Positions 53,226-64,000 of a stretch of 64,000 bases of DNA are shown here, piece by piece. Source of the stretch: the human T2T-CHM13v2.0 reference genome, Homo sapiens; NCBI RefSeq assembly GCF_009914755.1, contig NC_060928.1; one strand, 5' to 3'. Position 1 is the stretch's first letter, and each line of letters starts with the position of its first letter. Both the position numbers and the translations under genes were made by a program. Under the pieces are notes generated by a model. That model searched no databases, had not been told where the DNA came from, and saw only the letters and a list, made by a program, of their open reading frames with translations.

Positions 53226-54184
53226 AAATCTCAGATATATCATGGTATTCACCTCACTAGTCATTATTGAACAAATTTATTTCAGCTCATCCCACCTCTG
53301 CCCTCCTTTCCTCTGCCTTACACCACTCTCAATTCAAACTATTATGCCTTCCTGAAAAGAACTGGTTTTATGAATGTATATTAACCTATATCTATTCATA
53401 ATCCCAAGTAGATTTTTGTTCTTAGCCAAGCCTGGACTAGGTGAATACATGCTTTTCTTTCTTGTACTAGCTCCCTTGCCTGTGATGAGTTCTCAGAACA
53501 TGATTAGATCCATGTGCGTGAGCCAGGGGTGAAATCTTGGCATTTCAGTGAGAGGAGAGCAGTGTTGTGACGAACTGTAACAAGATCTGAATGATAACAG
53601 TCACCAGGTTCCTAGTGTAAATCACATCCTCATTTTTTAAAACCAACCTCTTTATTCCTTGGATTGGTCATACTCTGGCTCTTGGCACTGCTGCTTCCCT
53701 GCTGTGAAAATGGACTGCTCTATTTTCTCAGGCTCCATAGGGGTATCAAGTATTTGATTTCTTCATAAATAGAGCAAAGAAATAGAACCATAGAATAACA
53801 TTGCGGACACATTTAACAATATTTATTTAATGAGTAAAAAAGCTAGATCTTTTGTTACATTGTCTGCTCTTCCAGTCAGTAAATGTTATTGTGACCATTG
53901 GGCAATGTTTGAAATCGGCCTATTCTGATTAAGGGAGTGTTTATTACGTTAATGGTGATATATAATAGATTGTTAAACATTTACTTTCACATATTATGAA
54001 AGCTGAGAAATGGCCTACATACCTTCTCAATCTTGCTTTCGGATCCTTACATAAGTTGAGTACTGTCTAGATGAACAGCATACTACTCAGCGCTGTCCAG
54101 TAGAGAAGGCAGGGTGCCTGCTTTCAAGGTGCTTATTATGTTTATCTTAACAAAAACAACCAGTACCACTACTGCCGCTATCAC

Positions 54185-54420
54185 CATTTATTAAGCACCT
54201 ATGACATTAACAACTACAGTTTAAATTGCTACAAGATGCTTTGCCTGTGTTACTTCATTGAATGGTCTTAAGTCCTCTATGGAGTGGGCATATATATCTC
54301 CATTGTTCTGATTAGAAAATTGTATACAGATAGGTTAGGAATAAACAAATAATAAGTGTATCTTTGACTTAAGTCTTAAACAGTTATTCAACACTATAGT
54401 ACAGAAGGTCTCTACCATAG
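54185..54420 (-). mobile_element. MIR
   Basis: ccatttattaagcacctatg...tctccattgttctgattagaaaattg. Confidence 0.45.
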
Positions 54421-54617
54421 CAGCTATAAGATGCAGCTGTGTGTTTAATTGCTAGGGGGAATAATACAAAGAAGATAAAGTCCCCTCTTTCAAGGAGTTT
54501 AACTTACCAAGCAAAGCGAGTCAGTTTCCTTTGGTCATCTTAATTCCCCTCTGGAAATATGACTAGATAGCGAATATGAGTCTTTTCTTCACATGGTTTT
54601 GTTATCTCTTTCTACAG

Positions 54618-54796
54618 AAAGGAGCAGGGTATCACTTGGATCTCTTTTGGGTGGCCATCCTCATGGTTATATGCTCCCTCATGGCTCTTCCGTGGTATGT
54701 AGCTGCTACGGTCATCTCCATTGCTCACATCGACAGTTTGAAGATGGAGACAGAGACTTCTGCACCTGGAGAACAACCAAAGTTTCTAGGAGTGAG
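54618..54796 (+). CDS. SLC4A4: SLC4A4 coding exon, 179 nt, phase 0-2 (includes A799/A800/T801)
   Basis: Acceptor tctttctacag|AAA and donor GAG|gtgtgt. Translates [59 protein letters not shown] plus the AG of a split Arg codon. Confidence 0.97.
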
Positions 54797-55915
54797 GTGT
54801 GTTAACTCAGAGGAAAATGGCTCCCGAAAACACACTGTGCACACATCTATGTGGCAATCATAAGGATATGGGCAGATTTGGAGGAGACAGGGCTTGTGAT
54901 GATTAATTTATTCCTATATTTTTTGTTCCAGAAAGGACTAAATTTTCATCAGAGGTTTCAGTGATTTTTTTAGTTTACTCCTCATGATATATCATTTTCA
55001 TGGATTTCCAAAAGGCTAAATGTTGCAATATAAAACTACAACCAGATTACTTTTTTTCAACATGCAAGTGATTTTGGTGCTGCAGTGTTTACTGTATCAC
55101 AGTCATATGTGAAGGCCCTAAAACTCTTGAGTCTGCTTATGACTTTTAAGATTCTGTAATGGGAAAGGTATTCTTATTTTCCAATTCATTTTCTGTCCCC
55201 ATAAACACTGAGAAACTTTAACCTCCAGACGTTCAATTTGGGTAGCTGTGAAGGGCAGGAGTAGAAGGTTTTTATACTCTGTTGAGCACTTTTTACAGCA
55301 AACTCTGCTCATAAGTGCTTGGGTAGAGAGCTCACATGACAGAGCCATCGTTTCCCACGGCAAAACAGTGGGTGATTCTTTTTTGGGGTGGGGAGGGGGT
55401 GTAGGATGGGAATTATATTTGTTGAAAAGTACTTTTGTTGTTGTAGATTTGGAAATTAGACTGATGTGATTTATTGTGCTAATGAAATTTCCTTGAGCTG
55501 TTTGTTAATTGGAATATGGGACAATGTAATATCTGTCTCCTATGAAAGAAGGTGTAAGGGTAATTACACAAGAGGATAAATTGCTTTAAAAAATAAGGTC
55601 TTCAAAGAGTCCAGTAATTGATGGACCAAGAGCAAGTGATTTTTCTTTCTTGATTCCAAAAGGAGCAAAAAATTTAGCAGGATTACTTCTTTCTTCGTGA
55701 ATTCAAATCACATATTGCAGTCACTTTAAGAGATTTTTTTATAGTTACGTTGGGTTTATACGCTATCCTTGAGGTATTATTTACATGATATCAACACCTT
55801 TGTTGTTTTAGCCAAACATTGATTTTGTCAACGTGTAGTTTTTTTGAAGGTGAAAAGACAAGAGCATGTTTATGAAGACAAGAGGTAGATTGGTAATCTT
55901 TTGATTTGGTTTCAG

Positions 55916-55988
55916 GGAACAAAGAGTCACTGGAACCCTTGTGTTTATTCTGACTGGTCTGTCAGTCTTTATGGCTCCCATCTTGAAG
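55916..55988 (+). CDS. SLC4A4: SLC4A4 coding exon, 73 nt, phase 2-0
   Basis: Acceptor ggtttcag|G completes AGG (Arg), then [24 protein letters not shown]. Donor AAG|gtaaat. Confidence 0.96.
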
Positions 55989-58900
55989 GTAAATATGTGA
56001 AACATTCACCTCTTCCTTCTCAGAACACTGACATATAATTGGACATGTGAAGAGTGAAATTCCTCATGAGATATTTGCGAGATTCTCATCAGTTCTGTAA
56101 CACACTGAAGCAGGGGTCAAGTAGAAAGAGAGCTTTAAATAGCTTTTGTCTTGATTTCCTTCTCACTCTTTCATCCCCTCCCTTATCCTTAGTTTTGCAG
56201 TTATTTGATTGAACTATATTAAATTAACAATATCCAAACTTTCTGATCTGTGAAAATAGTAGTTTCATGCAATTGAATCAGACTGATCTTCTCCCCGTCC
56301 TCCACACACACATTTTTTATTCTCCTTGTCTTTTATACATTCTTTCTTCTATCACCTTCCATTTGCTTGTATCCAAATCTTGTCCCTCTTCCCTCATTAG
56401 GCTCCTAAATAACATGAGTGATGCAGGATAACCATTTTGATATTTTTCGACTATTCTTAATTATTACTTTGTTTCTATTTTATTTGAATCAGATGGCCTT
56501 ATAATTCACAAAGGTAAATTAGAGTAAAATTACTGACTCATAATTAGAAAGCTTTAGAAATGAACTTTTGAAGAAGAAAAATTATATGATATTGGTTGTT
56601 TAGAAAATTAGGGGTCAATATATAGGTTTATTGATGGGTTGGATATCTGCCTAGATAGATAAATGCAAACTGTATGTGACAACCTATTAAGAAGTAAACT
56701 AAAACTAAAAACTAAAGAAAGTTAGTGTATACCTCTTCATGAAGTTTCCAACTTTCTTTTATGATGCAAACATTTTATTTTTTTCAATCATATAAACATG
56801 CTTGCGAATTATTGATAGTTTGTATCTTATGCTTTATACTACAGTACAAAGCATGCAATTCACCCATGGACCTAACAGCTATAAACAACCACTGTTAACG
56901 ATATCCTTCCAAATTTTCTCTTACAATTTTTATTTTTAAACATTTTAATTTTAAAGGCTTTTAAAATGCTCATATAATTACATAAGTAATGGGGCAGTAC
57001 AATCTTCTGAAGAATTCAAACAATATAGAAGTACACATAGTGAAAAGCAAAAGCCCTCTGTTCATCTAAAGTTAGCAAATTTTATGTCAGTTGCCAATCA
57101 GATGAAATTGAGGAAAGTGGAACTGTAATATCTTTGATCTGTAAATAAGACTAAGATTGCCTTCAGGGTATTTAGACTGATGTATACAGTATGCACAAAA
57201 TACTTGTTAAACAGTTAAAATATGTAATTATTCATCTTTTTTCCTTGGTTTCCACAATGTCAATGAACTGGTTTAATTAATTTCTGACTGGATTCATGAG
57301 GAAATATGTATCTCATCTTAGACAAGACATTAAGATTAAAAATAACCTCAGAAAAGTTGTTTCTGACTATGTACAGAGGGCTGTAAAAGAGTACAGAGCT
57401 TATGTTCTGCAGGGACAGAGGGAAACCTTTTGTCACCTTTGCCAGTGCAAAGCAAGTTATGGGATAAGTGTGAAGATGTGGTGACTTTCACAGCATTGAA
57501 TCTGCTGCCAAATGCTTTATGTTCTTCCGTTATCCTATAGGCACCAGCACATCAGCTGGTGGAAAGCCTAATGACAGTGTTACCTTTTAGGCAATGGAAC
57601 CTCATCCAGTGAGATCATTTTTAGAGAGTTCACTGCAGACAATTATGAGCCCATGTTGTGAGAAGCTCTCCTGGAAATGAATTTTCCCTGTGGGTTCCTT
57701 GAAGGTGGGCTCACTTCAAGTAGGTGCAGAGTTTCTTTTATGAGCTCTCTTTGTGCTCAGTCACTAGTGAGGGATAAATGGGCAGAATCTTTTCATCAGT
57801 TCTAATTTACTCATCGCCTCCCCCATTTTTCTTTTATTTTTATATTATTTCTTTTCATTAATACAGTATAAAATCCTAATTCAAAAAAGTCAGATGTGTT
57901 TAAAAGTTCCTTTTGTGTGTATATGTTACAGCAAATTGGCTTTATTCCTAGAGAATCTGACAGTTGAGTAATCATGGATGATTCCAAGGGGACACAGAGA
58001 ACAGATACTGTATAATTACTATTTTTAGGAGAGATGCAAGACTTACATTTTCAACAACGCCTCTTCCTAACTATTTTCTCACCCTGCACCCAAATATGGC
58101 TGCAGAGGAGTTAAAGCTGAAAGTTCTTTTGTTCTTTACAATGATTCTTTTCACCCCTGATAGGCAAAGTGCCTTAGTATTTACAGAAACAGATTAGAAT
58201 GAGAGAAAGAAGGCAGAGAGCTGTAAGAGATCAGTGAGCATGAGCTTTCTTTCCCTTTGACCTTCCTTAATTGATCCATACCTGGGCTCATCCTCATTCA
58301 GCTGCTAGTGTTCATGATTGTGGCTATTTCCACCTGGCAATTTTGAGTTACCCCAAGGAGTCATTGTAAGAATAAATGAAAAATGCAGTCCAGCAAACGT
58401 TTTTGTTAAGGTTTTCCCCAAAATGTGGGAAATGGAATTGTTTTGGCAATATAGTTTATAGCATACTGTACACAACCTATATTTAAAAACAACAAGAATA
58501 AAACAGTCAAGGATTCGCAGTTGTGATTCTTTACTTCAGTAAGTTAGGCTATTCCTTACTTCGGGAATCACAACTCCTGATAAAGTCAGCTACTTTCAGA
58601 TTATGTACCATTGAGGTTTGGTAAGTTAAGTGCGTTTATCACAAATCCCTTGTTAGCTCATTTGAAAAGTCAATACAGGAAGAAGCAGATATTGAGGGTA
58701 CAGTTTAACTAAAACCTAAGTTATGACTAAGTAAGAGTCAAGATTAACAATTAACCTTAGAATTCACAAAGAAAGTGGTGTCAGGGGTTATGTTGGAGTA
58801 GGAAACCTCTTTTCCTCCCCTTTGTGACTATGTGTTTTTTTAGAGAACCAGAGGACAACTTAAGAGAATCATTTTACTTAAGAGTCTGTCTTTGAAAGGG

Positions 58901-59699
58901 CAGATCAAATGAATGGGAAAAGAGAAATGTGTTACTTTTACTTTTTAAAATGAAATGGCTCAACACCATTTCTGCAAACTCCATATATCCCTCACAAGTT
59001 TAATGGTCTCAGATGATCCTAGTAATTTTCTTTCATGCATTAAGCAGTGTAGGAAGTTGTTTCTCCTGCCTGTTTATGCAAGCTTACTTTGAAAATGAAG
59101 TTTTTCATTTTTATTCTGATCTCTTTGCTGAGGTCTGTCTTTTATGTGGAAGAATGTAAGGAATTACAGTTTTAAGTTCACGAGGATACCCCTTGACCCT
59201 AGCCAGCAACAGTCATACATGCCTCAAAGCACTGAATCTAACCACTGATTCGGTACTGAACTGTTGGGAAGCAAGAATAACTGGCGCCCCTGGCTGGTTA
59301 AACAGCTTAGTTCTGTGTTTCTGCAGCAGAAATACTGCCTGGTAAGTGAGTATTCTGTATGGGGAAACTAGAGGAGGCTAAAGAGCATCAAAAAGATGAA
59401 AGGCACTTCCTTGAGCTTACTTTTACCATTTTTCTGGCAAGTCTGAAGAAATAAAAATCAAGTGAAGTTCACTGCTACTTTTGTTGCCTTTGCTTGAAAT
59501 AGTTTAATTCAAGTTAATTAGGAGTAGTCAAATTTATCTTTAAGATTTGTTTAGTGTTCTAAAATCAGGATAGCATTTAATTTGTATTTGGAAAATATTT
59601 GTTGAGCTTCTACAATATGCCACAATATGTCACTTTGTTCAGTGCCAGGGAAAGCAAAATGGTAGAGATGATGGTAATGGTGATGATGATGATGATAGT

Positions 59700-59910
59700 A
59701 GTAGCTACCATTTATTGAGCTCGGCATTTGATTAAGGGCTCAACACAGATTTTTAAAATTTAGTCCTTCAATGAATGACACCTACAAAAAATTGTCTCTC
59801 TTTTACACATAAGAAAATTTATTAATGACTTACCAGGTTACAAAGTTCGTAAATAATAGAGTCAAAATGTGAATTCAGGCAGTTCTGACATGAAAGCCAA
59901 TCTCATAACC
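59700..59910 (-). mobile_element. MIR
   Basis: agctaccatttattgagc...ttttacacataagaaa...gaattcaggcagttctgac. Confidence 0.55.
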
Positions 59911-60399
59911 CTCAGGGTTTACAACCATTTAAAACAAAACATAGTACTTGCTCTCAAAGAACTCATTCACTTTCATTTTCCATGAGATGATCTTCTCCAG
60001 CTTCTTTGATCCAACTTCCAGTCCTTTCATGTGCAGATAAATACAGCATTTTCACAAACTCCTCATCATACCTCATTCCAGTTTCTTCAATGACTAGGAA
60101 CCAGATTGCAAGTCAGTACTTCCTTATCAGCTTAGATTTTCAAGATTTAAGGGAATTAGGATATTATTTGAATAACATGTTTCTGAATATAGTTGTTACT
60201 GCTGAAAGGGCAATATAGTAGAACTTAAATAAGACCAGGGCTTTGAATCTGACCTTTGCAGCCATTCTTCTGGTCTGTACTCCTGCCATTTTCCACCCTG
60301 ACCACTGAGGACCAAGGAGAGTTCTGCTGGGCAATTGCAGCAGGCTTCTTGACTTGCCAGTCAGGTCTTCATGATAATTATGACATTAATACCTCATTT

Positions 60400-60590
60400 A
60401 TCATTTATTATCTATTCAGAATGAGGCCCTGGACTAGATATTTTATGTGATATACTCTTTATCATACCCTCTTTTAAATGAGAATACTGAGGATAAGAAA
60501 AGTTAGTAATTTCTCAATGTTACATAAGTAGTAGGGCCAGAATTTGAAACTAGGCCTGTCTGACTTTTGTGCCCATGCTCTTAATCAGGA
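60400..60590 (-). mobile_element. MIR
   Basis: aaatgagaatactgagg...gttagtaatttctcaa.gttaca...gccagaatttgaaactaggcctgtctgact. Confidence 0.55.
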
Positions 60591-60617
60591 TCTCGTTCTG
60601 GATTGTACATTCACATG

Positions 60618-60663
60618 TACACACACACACACATACACACACACATACACACACACACATACA
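60618..60663. repeat. Imperfect (CA)n microsatellite
   Basis: tacacacacacacacatacacacacacatacacacacacacacataca. Confidence 0.9.
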
Positions 60664-63407
60664 GTGACGATTATTCTGCTAGAAGGTCTCACTGCTGTAC
60701 TGAATTCTGGTTGGACAACTACACTCTACCCTTATTTTTAAATTTACCCTTTTCTCGTTTACTCTTCTGGGAATATTCAAATACTATCAGCACATCAAAG
60801 GGAGGTATAAGTGAAAAAGAGTAGAACTGCATTCACCAGAATTTGAAAAATTTGGTGACATGGTCTGAGTATGTTAACTCCTATTTTGATTTTATCTCAA
60901 TTATTCCATCTGCTTGTAGGGTCAATACTTGATTTCATGTATGGTAATCTTATTTATAATTATACTTTTGTGCTTTCTGGGTATGATTGGTTATCCATAA
61001 AATTTCCTTTACATAATTTTTTCATTTGGCAATTCTTGATATGCCTGTATGGTATACTTTGTGCTGTTTATGTTTTAATTACTCCTGTCTTGCTTTGTAA
61101 AAATATCTACCTACTATTACTATGTAAATTATACTGGTTTAACTTAAGATGGAGTTCCATCTTCTTAAAATGCATCTTCTCTTTCCTCCTTTGAGAAATT
61201 TCTATTGCAAGAAATGATTATTTTGTGATGAATTTTTAAGGATTGACCTCCTGTGACCCATGAACTAAATCCAATAAAAAGTATCCTCTAACCCAATAAT
61301 TCTGTCAAGTTTCATCAAGTTTTCCATATTGGAAGATTTTTATTGAGATGTTGCATTATCGTAAGGAAAATGGCAAATTTCAAAAGACATATTTTTATCA
61401 CATTGAAGTTGGCCCAAAGTCAACTTAATAGCCTTCTTTATATGTATTATTTCCTTTTCAACAAAGAATAACTGTTTAAAAAACATCTTCATATCTAAAG
61501 CTGTTTTTCTACCCACAACCCATGCCATTCTATGTTACTGATACCTTCTGATTTTATTTTGTGGTAGATTTGGTGATATCTGTAATAATAAATTCACAGA
61601 GAATGGAACTAAGCACCAAGGCAAAAGTGTCCTTCACTTTGACATTAGAACCACATTAGAAAAAACATTTAGCTAAGCCTAGCTGAGGGATGAGGATGAG
61701 GCCAGGGATGGTCCCTTTGTGGTGGCTTTCTTTCAAGCAAGAAAAATGCTTTACCCAGATTAAAAAGGAACTACTGCAGGAATTCTAACTAGTTTTCCAT
61801 GGTTGAACTATACTTCTCTTTTCCCTTCTTACTTTTCTTTCCTTCCAGCTGCCCCACCCCCACCACCCACCAAATTGAAAATGAAATGACAAGAAAGAAA
61901 TATGGGAGATGTTTAAAAAATGAATCAAAGCTATGCAATGATCCTTCTCTTAGTTTTTTTACTTTATGGTACATTTATACACAAGAATCACAAGGAATAG
62001 AAACATGCACATTGCAAAATAAATGAAGGCATGTGTCAGAAATAAAGAGGCTTGAGTGTGATGTGTTCACCTCTTTGTGGTGACTGTTAGGTATTACAGC
62101 TTCCCCAGCAGGAACATCATCCCTCCTACCCCCGTCAACATTCTATGTCACTTTTAGTTTTTTCTGACATCAAGAGCAAAATTAGCTACATTAAAATTGT
62201 TAGTCTTTTTTTGAAGAAGCATTTGATGTTTTGTATATATAAATAAGGATATTTATTTCATATAAATTTAAGCATCCCTATGGCTAGCCAATAAAAATTG
62301 GAAATATTTGTTACACATTTTAGAATTTACTCATTCTCTAATAGTGGCCAAAGAGTCTCAGATATGGAACTACTTTAGGCAATCACAAGGAGAGGCTGAT
62401 AGAAATTGTGCTTCACTTAGTACGTGCAGTATTTTTAAAATTACTCTAAAGCCATACTATGTTTTCTGGTTACAATAGCCTCCTTTATGTGGATTTGGTA
62501 AGATTGGCCTTAATTGACTTGCGGTTTTAGTATTTTAGCTTTGAAAAATCCTGAAATTACTTGAACTTCTTTTCAAATTCTAAGGTTGAGAACCTTTTGT
62601 TTTTCAAACAGAAGACTTCCCAGAAACAGAATCATCCTTGATTTGCTTAGTTTCCTCAGTACTAGGGACATTTCAAAGGTCTAGGAATAGATACAGTTTA
62701 CAGACATCACTTCTCCTTGTTAAAACACTTTGTATTAATATAAAATATTTTTTGCTAATGCATGAAAAGGTATTAATTCAGTTTTAAAAGATGTGTATTA
62801 ATCCATGTGTGTAATTAATTGCTTCCAAGTGCTCCAAGGTCCTTTCAAGCAGTTCTCTTTAGTTAGTTCTCATAATATTTGCAAGAAGCGAGGGGATAGT
62901 CTTTTGATGTTTATTTTATTGAAAGAGGCATCTATATACCAAGCTGATAGACTATTTGGCAAAAATTATTAAGGACAAAAATGAACAGACTATATTGAAA
63001 GGAACTTGATCTCAAGAGTGAGGCAACCATCTATTAATACCTCTGTTTCTGTCTACCTCACAGTCCATAGAAGCATCTTGTTTACATAGTTATTCCTTTT
63101 CAGGGTGAAGGGAAACATAACTTTTCCTCCATTAATTAAAAAAAAGTTATTAGTAAGGTCATGCATGCTCACTAAAAAAACAAGCATCCAATGAAAATTG
63201 AAAGTCCATTATACCCTTCTTCATTTATTTCTATTACAAAGAGTTTAGAAGTTCATCAATTGACTAGTAAAGCATACTAGTTAGAGGTCACTAAGTTATT
63301 ATATCCTATATTTTAGTTTTAGATTTAGCCTTTATTTAAATGATTCCTCTTCATTCCTCTTTTTTCTTGTTATCATTTTTAAGTTGTATCCATTTTTTTC
63401 CTTCTAG

Positions 63408-63476
63408 TTTATACCCATGCCTGTACTCTATGGTGTGTTCCTGTATATGGGAGTAGCATCCCTTAATGGTGTGCAG
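63408..63476 (+). CDS. SLC4A4: SLC4A4 coding exon, 69 nt, phase 0-0
   Basis: Acceptor ttttttccttctag|TTT and donor CAG|gtaagt. Translates FIPMPVLYGVFLYMGVASLNGVQ (SLC4 GVFLYMG motif). Confidence 0.97.
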
Positions 63477-64000
63477 GTAAGTTTTTGAATAGCAATGTAA
63501 GTACAGTAGTGTTTTTCTAGTAGTAAGAATAGTCCAGTAACAGATCTTTGAAGAAAAGTGCTAATCATTATTAACTGCTGAGTTTTTAAAATGCATTTAT
63601 TTTCTACTTCACCATTCACCTGCTTTTCATTTCTGGTTTAATCAACAAGTTAGCCAGTATTAAGAAAAGTTGCCATACATACCCATTGTTTAAATAGGCT
63701 GTTAAAAGTCATTTAACCAAGAAAGCAAGAGGCTATAATCTTTCTTTTCCTTCCCCTTACCCATCTTTATCTCCTTTTTACTGTCTCAGGAAGGATACCT
63801 AACTCTTTCTGTGTGTTCTTAAAGATAGTGTTTATCCATTTGCCTTAACTCTATACTAAAAACAGGCTATTGATTTGCTTTTCACACGGCTATGATCAAT
63901 AATCAAAAGTTTTTTTACCAATAAAAGAATAAAGTCAATGTGGTTGATGTATTGCTTTTGTTGAAAACTTCAGCTATTCATAACTTTGGGAAAACTGACA

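Noticed and set aside
59278-59300. ctggcgcccctggctgg as a CTCF site
   Set aside because: It mismatches the core AG positions of CCASYAGRKGGCRS, so it is unsupported without ChIP data.

Overview
This is primate, very likely human, genomic DNA from inside SLC4A4 (electrogenic Na+/HCO3- cotransporter NBCe1), with the gene on the + strand. Six GT-AG coding exons (5780-5971, 40320-40433, 42485-42646, 54618-54796, 55916-55988, 63408-63476) splice in frame to 263 aa of the membrane domain (about residues 615-877 in NBCe1-A numbering). The rest is intron. A ~20 kb nest of antisense L1s (7590-27470) includes a twin-primed L1PA and an L1MA with a probable 3' transduction. There are also ten Alus, all antisense, plus MaLR/ERVL LTRs, DNA transposon MITEs, L2/MIR relics and microsatellites. 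I see no new gene system. The most unusual signals are a ~98% identical 269-bp non-Alu inverted duplication that should form a long pre-mRNA hairpin, and several local templated insertions whose direction can be read from the sequence. All alignments were done by eye, and repeat subfamily names come from recalled consensus sequences.
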